A stretch of DNA of 59,631 bases, filler included, from Trichosphaerium sp. ATCC 40318 (Eukaryota; Protista; Tubulinea), in the NCBI GenBank assembly GCA_038496445.1. It is 3 parts of 3 records of this genome, joined end to end, with 100 filler letters (N's around TTAATTAATTAA, not from the genome) between each part and the next. Parts side by side here need not be neighbours in the genome. Positions count along the whole stretch, not along the records: positions 1 to 19,815 come from JALMLS010000554.1; 2 more parts are not named here. One strand, given 5' to 3'. Each line of letters opens with the position of its first letter. The first letter of the stretch is position 1. Shown here one piece after another: positions 1-12,194 of the stretch. A program made the translations under genes and the position numbers. The notes below the pieces were generated by a model that was given only the letters and a program-made list of their open reading frames with translations, was not told the origin of the DNA and did not search any database.

Positions 1-100
1 TGGTACGTTGTTTTTTTTTAAAGACTTTTTTTTTTTTTTTTTCCATTCCATGGCGTTCTGTCTGTCAGTGTCTTGTATATGTGCTTAATATAATATTAGG

Positions 101-348
101 GTATCGTATCTATTTGGGGACTATACAGTGAGTTGCTCAAGACAGAGGCTGAAAGAAGAGAACAGGCAAAACAAGAAGCCGACGAAGAAGCAGAAGGATC
201 TGGTGAAAATACGGAAATTCCTAAAACTGCTGACGAAAGTACTACAAAAGATTCAACAGATACGACCTCTGGGAACGAAGAAACGCCATTAATAGTTCCT
301 GATACAACAGAAGAGACAGATTATCCAGGTTTGAATGATGTTGATTAA
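101..348 (+). CDS. 3' terminal exon of an unknown gene with an acidic, low-complexity tail
   Basis: Intron from GTACG at 3 to AG at 100, followed by an open frame IVSIWGLYSELLKTEAERREQ...NDVD* rich in E/D/T. The gene starts outside the window. Confidence 0.6.
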
Positions 349-603
349 GAAAAAGAAGAAAAAAAACCAAAAACATAATTTCCAAAAACAATAAAAAACG
401 GTAAAGAAAAGGAAGTGGCATTTACGTTGATGGAAGTTCTTTGTTTTTTTTTCGTAAGTAATCAAATTGAAAAGAAAAACCAAGTGAAGACGCGAATGAT
501 AAAATGTTGGGAGATTAGAAGAAAGGGAGGGACTCTAACTTGTCAAGATGCATTTTTTTATTTCTCTTTTTTTTTTTCGAATTTGGAGCAGATTGTTCTC
601 TAT

Positions 604-1532
604 CTAATCCTGAAATTGATCATTTCTCCATGAACCACTTTTAACAGTACCATCTATAAAAAAAATAAGGATTGGGATTGGGAAAACGTGATGGTTTGAC
701 ACTAGGGTTGACCCGTGGCCATTTTTTTTTTGTTTTTTCGCTCACCTGCCCATCTGTATGTGCCCTGTCCTTCTCTTCTACCGCTTCTAAACTCACCTCT
801 TTATCGTATAAGTAAACCAAAACAATTATTTAAATACAATTGGAAATCACGTGTTCATCAACTTACGTGTAAACGTCTCCTCTACAAAACGACTGTTAAC
901 AACAAAAAAAAACAGCAATGTGAGAAAGAAACAAAAGTACAGTTCCGGGTTTTCAAAGGATCTACTGAATTAATAACGCTCTTAGACGCGCTGTAAATAA
1001 TTTAAACATACTGATCAGAACGCCATTCTCCATATCCTTCCATTTCGCCGTTCCTAAACTCGCCAGTGTATGTTCCTCCTTGCATCTACAAAAACAAAAA
1101 CCTCGCATTATTATTTTACTACACTCGTTATGACGCAAAAAACAAGTGTGTTCTTTCAATAACCGCGAAAATTCACATCATCTTTACCTTGTATGTCCCT
1201 TGTCCATGCTTCTTTCCATTTTGATACTCTCCTTTATAGTATGTGCCATCAGAGAACCTAAAAAAACACGTGTGTACAAAAAGGCTACTAATTTTTTTTG
1301 TTACGAGCAAAAACGCACCTGTAGGTACCCATACCGTGTCTCTTGCCATTTTGGTAGTGTCCCTCGAACCTAGGAGGGAGAAAATCAAACATAACGCCGC
1401 TATCGTTTAAATGAGGGATGCGCACGTGTCTCTATTGGCATAAGAATAACTACCATAACCATGAGGTTGTTGATTTGAATTAACTTCCCCTGTGTATTTC
1501 TCACCGTCGTCGTTAGTAAGAGTAGTAGACAT
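604..1532 (-). CDS. MORN-repeat protein (multi-exon)
   Basis: Exons encode MSTTLTNDDGEKYTGEVNSNQQPHGYGSY, FEGHYQNGKRHGMGTY, YKGEYQNGKKHGQGTY, YTGEFRNGEMEGYG, GEFRSGRREGQGTY and GTVKSGSWRNDQFQD*. These match the MORN consensus YxGxWxxGxxHGxG. Confidence 0.85.
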
Positions 1533-1848
1533 ACTCGTAAAGTAATGGTTTTGTAGGCCAATTTGAATCACGCTAGCTTTGTAGTTTAAGGCAGTGTGGA
1601 AAAAAGCTAAAATACCCACGATGTGCTTTGAAACAGTATGCCTTTTTCTTAGCGTGATAGTGTATTCCTGAACACGTGGGTAAAGCAAAGATTTTATGTA
1701 TTTCGTTTTTCAAATCTAATGTAAGTATAACACTATCACGTGGCCACGACTGGGTGTGTTATCAGAAAATATGACCAAAAAAAGGGACAAACTTAAGTTT
1801 GCCACTTCGTATTCTGTTTTGTTTGTATCACGTTGGCTACTACACGAA

Positions 1849-4084
1849 ATGAATCTCTTTAATACAGTACTTGTATTAGCGCTAGTTCTCATACCTATTG
1901 TATCAGCGTCTATGGGCGTTGATATTGCCACTTCTGCCTATATTGACACGTGGAAGTGTCTTGCTTCAAGTGGATTCGATTATGCTATCATTAGGGCACG
2001 TTGCGCTTGTTTTCTTGGCTAGTTCGTTAAACTCTGCTTTAGGCGTACCAATCTCTTGGTAGACCTGACCCGTTAGCGCCTCATACTATTTATAATGCAA
2101 GGGATGGAGGTGTATCAGATATTGATGTGTACAGTACGTTTCAAAGCAAGCTCTACGCGCGTAGAGGGTTTTTTCACGTTTCTTTGTCAAAACAAAAACC
2201 CGCCAGGATGGAAAAGTAAATCGAATGTTTTTACGTCACGTTTTTCTGTTTGTAACTATCGTTTTGTAGTTTTTCCTTGTCCCACATGTGGCACTAGTGG
2301 ACAGTCTCAAGTATCTAGTATGGTTTCTTACTTGGATCAGTACAATGCTACATTCAATAGGGTACTATTTTGATTTACGAACGGAACTTCAATGTTATTT
2401 AATTAATTATGGTCTTTTGTCTTGCACTCCTCGCCTAACATGTAAAGCTGTTGTTGATAGGCGCACTGTGGTAGTAGTGCACCAACTGATAAAGCTTCAA
2501 ATGACGTTAAATATGAACACTAAAACCGTCTTTGCGCTTTCAGAAAATAGTATTCTTGTTTTTATTCGCATTGTCGAAATCACGTTTTTGTCACGTGCTA
2601 ACTATATTAATTGTTTAGATTTGGTTGGATATTGAGGGTCCTCAATATTGGAGTACTCAAAGCGCAAACCAAGCTTTTATAAAAGAACTTGCTGCCGGTG
2701 CGACAGCATCTGGCCATCCATGGGGAATTTACACGTCGTCTTCTCAGTGGGAACCTATTTTTGGCTCTTCTTTTGCTCCATTCGGAAATGTTCCTTTGTG
2801 GTAAGTTTACTTCATGTTACACCCTCTCAAATACTTTTCATGCTCGACTTACTGATAAAAAATAAGGTATGCTCACTATGATGGTAACCCAAGCTTCTCT
2901 GATTTTGAACCTTTTGGTACAACTTTCACAGTTCTTTTTTTCTTTTAATGCCAGAACTTACTTTTTTGAAATAAAGGAGGTTGGACAACACCTTATATGA
3001 AGCAATACGCTGGTGATGCAACCAAATGTAGCACAGATGTACGTCAACAGATACAACGGTCTTCAGAAAAGAAGAGAAACAACCAACTTCAATATTAATG
3101 GCTATTCTTGACTTTCGTAACAGGTTGACCTGAACTATCGCTTGTCAGATAAACCATCAAATGGAAGTGCCGTAAACTGTAATTTTGTACAGTTCAAACA
3201 ATGTAATTCCGAGTGGGGAAAGTACGACGTTAGTTATTGGGATTGTACTAATTTTTTTTTTACATCAAGACGTCCTTTGGGTACATCTTCATCACTTACT
3301 ATTTGCTCTGCTGGATGTGCAATGTCTAGTGTTAGTATGTTATTAAATTCTCGTGGTATTATGATAAACGGAACTGCTGCTAATCCAGGCACGTGATAGC
3401 TGAAAAGTAGTTGAAAAAGGCTTACTTACATCCTAATATAGGAACTTTGAATACCTGGCTTATCAAGAATGGTGGGTATGTTGACAATGATCTCATTGTA
3501 TGGTACGCGGTCACATCAATCACAAACTACTTCCATACTTTTTTCAAAAGACACTGCCGAGAGAAACACGTGCTTCTATTATCTTTTTATTGAAGTGTGA
3601 CTTTTAGGAACTCAGTTCATGTTCTTGGAGCTATTAGTATGGTAGAAGACGTATCATCAATGACAGGAAATACTCTCCGTAGCTACGTTAAAGTAAGTTA
3701 GTTTAAAAAAAAACAATGACAAAAGGAATGTTTTGTTGAAACTATTTGTAGAGTTGTGATCATGGTGTCATTGTAAATGTTAGAGCTGGAACTCACTGGG
3801 TACGTTAAAAGAAATGCCGCAAATAACAGACGACTTTTATAAGAATATAAGCAGCCATGCCTTATGGTTAAAAGTAGTCCATTAGTCGTAGTGGACTTCT
3901 TGTCAGCTTTGAAAACCAAAAAAAGTTGTGGATTTTATTTCATTGTTTGTAACTGTAGCAACAGGTTCTAATTGATGGATACGACTCAGATAATGATGTT
4001 TTTGTTGTTCGTGACCCTGGTTTTAGCACAACGTCTTATTCTTTATCCGGTATGCTTCATTTTGTTGTGTACGAGTTCAAATAA
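1849..4084 (+). CDS. Secreted GH25-type (amoeba/nematode lysozyme) muramidase fused to a C-terminal C39-like cysteine peptidase domain
   Basis: Signal peptide MNLFNTVLVLALVLIPIVSA. GH25 motifs: GVDIA, AIIRAYQSLG, DVYIFPC, WLDIEG (DxE), GIYTS, LWYAHYD, FGGW, KQYAGD, VDLNY. Continuing in the same exon is FKQCNSEWG, then TICSAGCAMSSVSM, THWVLI and RDPG (Q/C/H/D of the papain-like C39 fold). Confidence 0.85.
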
Positions 4085-5221
4085 ACAAACTGAGCCTGTT
4101 AGTACCTATTACGCTTGCCTATCTTTTTTGAACTATTGTGAATGTCTTGAATAATAGTATCACGCCTTGCGTACTGTAGTGAGCTATCAGACAAGAAAGA
4201 TGTCCATTTTTTGGAAAAGTCAAAACGCACGTGTTTATTAAAGCTGAGCGAGACCTTAGGTTTTTTTTATTTATAAAGTTGTACGCAGGCTGAACTGTGC
4301 ATTGTGCTAAGAATCAGCTCTTTAGTCGTTGTGGCAACTAAGATATTTAAAGGATAATATGTTTGACTAATTTTGACATTTTTCAACCCCAAATTTTATG
4401 TAGAACAAGAATCTAAAAATAAAAATTGTATTTTTGTATTACATTTGGCCTCAGAGTTTGATTTTTATTCAGTATATTGATTTAATATTTCTGTCAAAAG
4501 TGCTTTTTTCATCTGCATGACACCATCTGAGGCATTAATTGCTGCATTCCAATGCAGTCTAGCTAAGCTTTTTCTCGCAATATACATGTTAAAGTTTTGT
4601 TTTTTGCCTTTGGGGCAATATTTGTTAGCCAAAGCATGAAAACTTTCACAATCAGCTGTTCTTTTTCCCAAAAAAAACCTTTCACAGTCTAGTGAAGTCT
4701 TTTCCAAAAACACAAGAGTTTTCTGTGTGTATTATAATTTTCTTGTACTATACCTTTGTCAATTGCATACCTTGCCAAATCAAACCAGAGTGAGTAAAAC
4801 ATCTTTTTGTCTCCATTTGCATTATCACAAGTGTAGTCCCAATGTTTTTTCAATTGTGCCAAATCTATTTTTTGCAATTCAGGGTATAACAATGGGCCAC
4901 GTTTATAAGGTCGCTTGGTTTGCAATCGTTTGAACTCTTTAATAATCTTACGTTGTCTGTGCCAAATGTCGTAACAGTGATTTAGGTTGTTATGTTGTGG
5001 GAAAGCTTCTACCATTTGTCTTAAAGAGAGACTTGTTCTGCTACATTCATCTGAAGTTACATAGTCTATTCTGCGAGTATTGTGTGCCAAGTGTTTCAAA
5101 GCTTCTATTCTGCTACCTTTGCCTTTATCTTTGCATTTATGGGTCTTACATACAGAATCGTCTGCATGTCCTTGATATAATACTTTTCTACTGTCTTGAT
5201 TGATTATAGTGCATGTCAGTA

Positions 5222-6253
5222 CAGTAGTAAAATAGAAATGGGAATTTTTAAGTAATCCACCCTGTTTTCCTATGGGAAAAGTAGACGGAAAAACTCTTCC
5301 TTAATTCCCATTGAATTTATATGAAATTCCGTAAATATTACTCATAGAATTCTTAGAGTATTACTTTTGGAATTGTGTATGTATTTTATATAGAATTCTC
5401 TATGTATTCTTTATAGCATTTTTTAATGTATTTTTTGTAGATTTCAATAAAAAATACTTTATAAATTACACAAAATATTATTCGATACTTTGGTTCAGAT
5501 TTAATGCAACGTCATTTTATTTATTGATCATTACAAAATACAAACATCCTAAATAATACGTACAAGTTAAATACATCGTGTCTTTATAAACGAAAGAAGT
5601 AATTTGATCGCATTTGGTTTTGAGAGCCTGAACAATAATTAATGCGTTTGTAAATGCTAAATTAAGAACGCGTAGGGTTTTTTGATAAATTAAGTGGAAA
5701 TAAGCTTTAAAAACAACGTACTTGGAGTTAATGCTTTAAATACATTCTTTAATGGTGTAATAAGGCTGTTGCAATGCTTTAATCATCCTAAAACAGATAA
5801 GTAAGAGATATTTATGTTTAAGTGATTTTCCAAACCACCTAAAACGCGTTCTCCGTTACTTTTTGGATTAACGCACTTTAACCTGTACCATTGGCTTTTT
5901 CACCTTTAATAATAGCATGTGGATATTGTTCGCTAGAAAAACCTATGTACCTAAGGTGTCGATGGTTTTTTGCAAATATAAAACTAAACCCTAACCCTAA
6001 CTTAATTTGTACTTTCAGAAACCTCAACCCTAGCCCTAACCCTAACCCTAACTAAATTAGTACATTATTTGGTGGATTTTGTACAATAATTCTGAAAATT
6101 CTGTATTTAAGGGAATATTATGGTAATTCTATCAAAAATCCTGCCATAAAAAAAAATAAAAATAAGAATTCTTCACAAATTACCTTAAAAATCCCTAAAA
6201 CAAAGGAATTTAGTGGGATTTATATCCAAAATCCCGTTTTCATTTTACCACTG
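5222..6253. mobile_element. Inner copy of the same MITE (1032 bp), inserted at the TA within the outer copy's left TIR
   Basis: Full TIR-to-TIR copy flanked by TA (5220-5221, 6254-6255). Differs from the outer copy by scattered substitutions. Confidence 0.85.
5985..6055. repeat. Telomere-like (CCCTAA)n tracts inside the MITE (second copy at about 7014-7084)
   Basis: AAACCCTAACCCTAAC and AACCCTAGCCCTAACCCTAACCCTAAC are present in both copies. Confidence 0.8.
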
Positions 6254-8957
6254 TAGTAAAATAGAAATGGGAATTTTTAAGTAATCCACCCTGTTTTCCT
6301 ATGGGAAAAGTAGACGGAAAAACTCTTCCTTAATTCCCATTGAATTTATATGAAATTCCGTAAGTATTACTCATAGAATTCTTAGAGTATTACTTTTGGA
6401 ATTGCATATGTATTTTATATAAAATTCTCTATGTATTCTTTATAGCATTTCTTAATGTATTTTTTGTAGATTTCAATAAAAAATACTTTATAAATTACAC
6501 AACATATTATTCGATACTTTGGTTTAGATTTAATGCAAAGTCATTTTATTTATTGATCATTACAAAATACAAACATCCTAAATAATACATACAAGTTAAA
6601 TACATCGTGTTTTCATAAACGAAAGAAGTAATTTGATTGCATTTGGTTTTGAGAGCTTGAACAATAATTAATGCATTTGTAAACGCTAAATTAAGAATGC
6701 GTAGGGTTTTTTGATAAATTAAGTGGAAATAAGCTTTAAAAACAACGTACTTGGAGTTAATGCTTTAAATACATTCTTTAATGGTGTAATAAGGCTGTTG
6801 CAATGCTTTAATCATCCTAAAACAGATAAGTAAGAGATATTTATGTTTAAGTGATTTTCCAAACCACCTAAAACGCGTTCTCCGTTACTTTTTGGATTAA
6901 CACACTTTAACCTGTACCATTGGTTTTTTCACCTTTAATAATAGCATGTGGATATTGTTTGCTAGAAAAACCTATGTACCTAAGGTGTCGATGGTTTTTT
7001 GCAAATATAAAACTAAACCCTAACCCTAACTTAATTTGTACTTTCATAAACCTCAACCCTAGCCCTAACCCTAACCCTAACTAAATTAGTACATTATTTG
7101 GTGGATTTTGTACAATAATTCTGAAAATTCCATATTTAAGGGAATATTATGGTAATTCTATCAAAAATCCTGCCATAAAAAAAAATAAAAATAAGAATTC
7201 TTCACAAATTACCTTAAAAATCCCTAAAACAAAGGAATTTAGTGGGATTTATATCCAAAATCCCGTTTTCATTTTACCACTGGTTGCGTATGGTGCAGGA
7301 CTTAATGGTCGATAACATCTTGAAAACTGCTCATCAAATTCAACATGTGCTCCACGTTGCACTTGTATACAGTGGTTGTCCAGTTCTGTACTCGTGTACA
7401 ATATCCTCTTCTGTTTTACTTTTAACAGCCTTGACAAAGATTTTTTTGACTGCTTCCATTCTGTCACGTGTAATAAAATGCACATTCATGCCAGAGAATA
7501 AATCTTTTGCAAATTTGTAAGAAAGGCCAGCCAATAAAGTTGATGTTGCTACTGCACAATTAATGTGCCATCTTCGACTTGTCTACAAAAAAAAAAATTA
7601 GTAAATTGAAAAACTATAAAACACACCTTAGAACTTCTCTTATCTAAATCAACACACATTTTATCATTAGCACCAATATCCACTGTTACTTTTGCAGCAC
7701 ATCCATCTGTGACAACAGCCATTCCAGCTACTGGTGTATTATTTCGTCCAAGAGAGTAGAAAGACTGACATAGATCATATAACTTTTCCACATTGACCAA
7801 GATGTTTTCTTCTTTGTCACATACATGAATACCTTTAGGCCCTTTTATATCTGAAATGTTGCTGCAAAAATCTTTGTTGTAAGCCTATTATGTACATTAA
7901 TATTATGATAACACAAAAAAAAGAGATATGTAAAATGTCTGAAAGGCTTACAACGTTACATTCAAATTGCAGTTGAGATGCCAATGAAATTGTAGTATCC
8001 TTTTGATTTACTTTCAAAAAAAAAAAAAAATTTGAAAATTGGTTGGCAGCCGCACGTGAATTTCATCTGCTAAATTTTTTTCGTGGCTTTTACACATCCA
8101 ACCCATTGAAAGGTATTTGGCTAAGGTTGTATCTATTATTTGAGCCTTTATTTGGCTTTCTATGAAATTTTTTGATATATTACGTCGGTTCTTTGTATAA
8201 GTGTTTTTTTTGCATAGCACACACTTGTCTTTGGTTATTTTCATCTCTTGGTACTATTTGTTGCTTTGTTTGTGTTGTTGTCTCCCCGAATTGGCTTTTT
8301 CAATGAAAAAAATTTAAATCCCGTGACATTTTTTTTTTTCCCCCAACTTACCACAAAAACATAGAAACTAGCTTTATTGAGTAGTACATGTAACGTAGTA
8401 TACAGGAGGGGTATTTCGAAGCAAACTTACCATCCTTTAAGATGCTTTAGGCTTTTATAAGTATAAAACGTACCAAGAATTTATAATGAAGGTTCGTTGC
8501 TTTTGGTACCGTCAGTCACTTGCCTTTCTCCTTCACTCCTTTATGCACATGGTGCGTCTTTAGTATCAATGACTGGTAATTGAATGGAATGGGTAAATCT
8601 ATGGAGAGTGATAGCGTCTGTAACTGTGAATACGGCAAAAACTACCAACTGCTAAAAATTGTAGTGTAAGTTGATAAACTTCACTGCTTTTACGTTCCGG
8701 TTTTTTCGAACCGTTTTTATTGTAATGTCCATATCACCTTATTACGTTACCAGATGTACTTTCCGTTTCCAGAGCTTCAAAAAACTGGTAAACAAACGCA
8801 ATAACACTTCACCGAAAAATCTCACGTGTTACTTATTATTTTTTTGTGTTAGCTCAAGAGTAACAACACGTCATGGCAGAGTCACAGAGTGAAGAAAACG
8901 GACATGAAAAAACTAGGACTTTGGATATTTCAGATATAACTTTGATTAATGCAGGTA

Positions 8958-9806
8958 TTGTCCGTATCATTCAAGTTTGCTAATCTTTGCAACTTTTTGC
9001 TGTTTGTGACTTTTGGTTTTCGTGTTTAGTCAGATCTGACAGATCTTGCAACTTCTGTTAGTTCTTACAAGATCTTGTTAGTTCTTGCAAGATCTGTCAA
9101 AAACTACAAGATCTGACGGATCTTGTCAGTTCTGGAAGAAACTAAATCCACGTTTACAACATGTATTATTGCGACACCACGTGTTTTTATTAATAACCAT
9201 TATTTTATTTGGTACATTAGCTTAGCAGTTCTGTTGACGTCCTCTAAGGTCCAGCAGTTGTCTTCTATACTCTAAAACGGATTATTGCGCTATGTTAATA
9301 CCGTACACTCAGCGCAAGATACTTTGGAAGCCCTTGGAATTTTCTTTGAGGTTTTAGCATTATCGCACATTTAACTCCTCCTGAATATGTGCCGGTATTC
9401 GCTCCTGGTGCTAGCAAGTTAACATGTAATTATTGTTAATTCGTAGCCGTTTTTATGGCTCCTGGGGGTAAGTAGTAATGAGAGCGCACCTAAGTAAATA
9501 CTGTGACGTCTTGTTAGATGATGTGACTTTTGACACAGTGCTTTTTCGCCTTGCCTTAGCGTACATAAGGACGGCAAGCATGGTACATTGTCACGAGTTA
9601 TAGAATGTGATGCATTCACATTGCACTGGTTCTGCAGGTTTTTATCAAAGCTGTCAGTTCTTACAAGAACTATCAAAACTGACAAAATCTGACATCTTGC
9701 AAGAACTAGCAGAACTTACAAGATCTGTCAGTTTTGTTAGTTCTTGCAAGATCTTACACTTTGATACTTCTGCCAAACCTGTTGCAAACTTGAATGATAC
9801 GGACAA
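8958..9806. mobile_element. TA-flanked MITE (about 850 bp)
   Basis: Perfect 23-bp TIR TTGTCCGTATCATTCAAGTTTGC ... GCAAACTTGAATGATACGGACAA, with TA on both sides and subterminal AGATCT-rich repeats. Confidence 0.75.
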
Positions 9807-10567
9807 TATCACTTCCATCAAACGTCGTTTCAAAACACGTGTTTTTTACTCAAGTATTTATTACAATTGTGGAATTTGAAGATTGCTTTTGATTTTCAAA
9901 TATAGAATTAGTGACATTGCTTAACGCCATGCCTTGATGTCAACACTAGATCACCACATGCAAACTCAAGAAAGCGCCTACGTCCTTGTTAGCTGAACCT
10001 CATGACACAACAATACTGGTTTGGCCTGAAAAGGTACAAAACCTCAGACGTTACGCCAGAGTGCTTAACCCCCCAAGCACAAAGAAAGGAGATGGGGAGC
10101 GCAGCGGCGGTGGCGGGTCTTAAGGAATTGACGTGTATTTATTTAGGAAAGGGAGAATGTGTTACAGGAGAGGGAATTCTTGAAACTGTTGGTCTCGGTC
10201 ATTCAAGGTCCTCGTCATTTTCCCCGACATAAAACGCGTCTGCGTTTTCTGCTGCAGATAACAAAGTAATGTTATGTGAACATTTATGTGAAGAGCGTAA
10301 CCAAGTGGTTATTGTTGGGTAAAATGTTGACTAAACAATGACATATGTAAGTGTTTTGGATGAGCGTTGCCGGATTAAAAATAAGTTTGTACAAGATAAG
10401 ATTTGATTGTATAAATATTGCAAAGTCTTTTAAACTGTAGAATTAAATGAGCAAAACAATCAAGGGAAAACAATATTTATTCCATGCCGAACAAGAGGTT
10501 GAACTTGCAGGTTCATGATATTAGCCTTGCTAACACAAACAAAGCATAAGGTGTGAATTGTATTTTT

Positions 10568-11905
10568 TTAAGTGAAGGATGAAGGTAGGGTGTTCATACC
10601 CGGTTTTCCCATTATTGTGACTCCTTTGCTTCCAAATACCTTACAATAGCTATCTGTAATTCCAGGAGTATTAAATAACCAAATTAACTTTGCACTAGAG
10701 AGTTGGGCAAGCCAATCATCTGTTGCTTTTGAGAATGATAAATCAACAATGTGTACGTCTTTAAGGTACTTCATACACTCCAAGGTGATATTACTACATG
10801 ATGAGATATCAATTTCATACACACCATGTAGTGGCTTAAGCCAATCATCTGTTGCATTCGTTTCTGACAGACATATAGTATGTACACTTGAAAGGTATTT
10901 CATACATTCTCCAGTGATATGCTGACAATTACTAAGACTTATTTCATGCACACCTGACAGTGGCTTAATCCAATCGTCTGTTGCGTTGGTTTCTGCTAGT
11001 CCTATAATGTGTACACCCGCAAGACTTTTCATACAGGTTCCAGTGATCTGTTGACAGCCATTAAGAATTATTTCATGCACACCCGACAGTGGTGTAATCC
11101 AATCATCTGTTGCGTTTGTATGCGATAGATATATAGTGTGTACACCTGCAAGGCTTTTCATACATGTTCCAGTGATCCCTAGGCACTTACAAAGCTTGAT
11201 AGTGTGAACACCTGCCAAAGCTGCAACACCTTTGTCTGTCACGTTTGTTTCACTTAAATTAATGGTGTGAACGCCAGCTAGAGCTGAAATACCAGCGTCT
11301 GATATGAGGTAGCACTTACGCAAATCTATAGTATGTACTCCTGATAATGAAACTAGAACATCATCATCTACGACTGGGGATTCACGTATATCGATGTTTG
11401 GTATCCCAGACAGTAACTTCAATCCCTCTGCTGTCAATCCTGGCGTAGCATACAAGCAAATGGATTTGAGGTGTCGTAGTGGTTTTAATCCTTTTTCTGT
11501 TGTATCTGTACAATTAGATAGAGTAAGATCCTGTACACCACACAGATAGTTTAATCCTGTGTCTGATATCCCGCTTTGACGAATTGAAAGATTTTTAACA
11601 CCTGCAAGTTGCTTGAGATGTTCATCTTGTGCAAATGAAAGGACTATGCTTGTGTTATTTAATAGCGGACTACCTTGAAGCTGAGAAAACTGCGACTTGG
11701 TGTCGTATGATTGAAATACAATAAAATAGTAGCCAACGTGCTGGTGTATGATATCCGATAATCGTTTACAGCTTTGAGAGACGGAAAAACGATTAGAACG
11801 ATCTATAAACTCAAGTAAATGAGCTATTATCTCCGTTGGTAGGTCTAAAAGCTCCTTATTGGTATCAGAATCGCTAGATACTTCTTTAATACGGTTTTCA
11901 TCCAT
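10568..11905 (-). CDS. Intronless F-box/leucine-rich-repeat protein (about 445 aa)
   Basis: F-box LLDLPTEIIAHLLEFI...SQSCKRL followed by many 22-23 aa repeats LxGVHTIxLSxTxxTD. Likely start is MDENRIK at 11905. Confidence 0.85.
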   Translation of the reverse strand: MDENRIKEVSSDSDTNKELLDLPTEIIAHLLEFIDRSNRFSVSQSCKRLSDIIHQHVGYYFIVFQSYDTKSQFSQLQGSPLLNNTSIVLSFAQDEHLKQLAGVKNLSIRQSGISDTGLNYLCGVQDLTLSNCTDTTEKGLKPLRHLKSICLYATPGLTAEGLKLLSGIPNIDIRESPVVDDDVLVSLSGVHTIDLRKCYLISDAGISALAGVHTINLSETNVTDKGVAALAGVHTIKLCKCLGITGTCMKSLAGVHTIYLSHTNATDDWITPLSGVHEIILNGCQQITGTCMKSLAGVHIIGLAETNATDDWIKPLSGVHEISLSNCQHITGECMKYLSSVHTICLSETNATDDWLKPLHGVYEIDISSCSNITLECMKYLKDVHIVDLSFSKATDDWLAQLSSAKLIWLFNTPGITDSYCKVFGSKGVTIMGKPGMNTLPSSFT

Positions 11906-12194
11906 TGTTGGCTTCTTAATGCTATTCGAGCGTAAACGAACTATGTTTTGTACCAAAGCGATGCTTTTAGTAGGTGAGAAGCAATGTACACCTGACTTAA
12001 TATTCCAGTTTAAGTATCTAAATATAGTGGCCAACACAACTTGTATAAACCTTTTCATTGAACAAAGGTAAATTGTTTAGGACACGTGGGTGTCTTACTA
12101 GGCCAAGAATTTGAGCGGTACGTCACTGTAGTGCTAAACGAAGTGCTATAAACAGTTTTATCACGAGCGTTCCTATGTTTTGTTTATAAGTACA

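Larger units (their letters stand above)
5217..7282. mobile_element. Outer copy of a ~1.03-kb non-autonomous TIR element with a 2-bp GT TSD
   Basis: Termini CAGTAGTAAAATAGAAATGGGA and (rc) CAGTGGTAAAATGAAAACGGGA. GT at 5215-5216 and 7283-7284. Removing the element plus one GT restores the transposase frame. Confidence 0.85.
4465..8244 (-). pseudogene. Intron-containing DDE transposase of Kolobok type, disrupted by a MITE insertion
   Basis: N-terminal CxxC...CxxH. Catalytic-region motifs VEFDEQFSR, PYATCTIINQDSRKVL (after excising the insertion), YVTSDE, CYDIWH, TADCESFHALANKYCPK and ARKSLARLHWN. Apparent frameshift or tiny intron near 4710. Confidence 0.75.
4351..8436 (-). mobile_element. 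Kolobok-type DNA transposon (about 2.0 kb without its insertion)
   Basis: TTAA on both flanks (4347-4350, 8437-8440). Imperfect TIRs AGGATAATATGTTTG and (rc) AGGATGGTAAGTTTG. AGG termini with a TTAA target are typical of Kolobok/T2. Encloses a DDE transposase. Confidence 0.75.

Noticed and set aside
5222-7282. Simple tandem duplication or mis-assembly of a 1-kb unit
   Set aside because: The copies differ by substitutions, and the junctions fit nested insertion with TSDs exactly.
11906-12058. N-terminal extension of the LRR ORF in the ORF track
   Set aside because: The downstream ATG at 11905 places the F-box near the N-terminus as is usual. The extension is probably untranslated.
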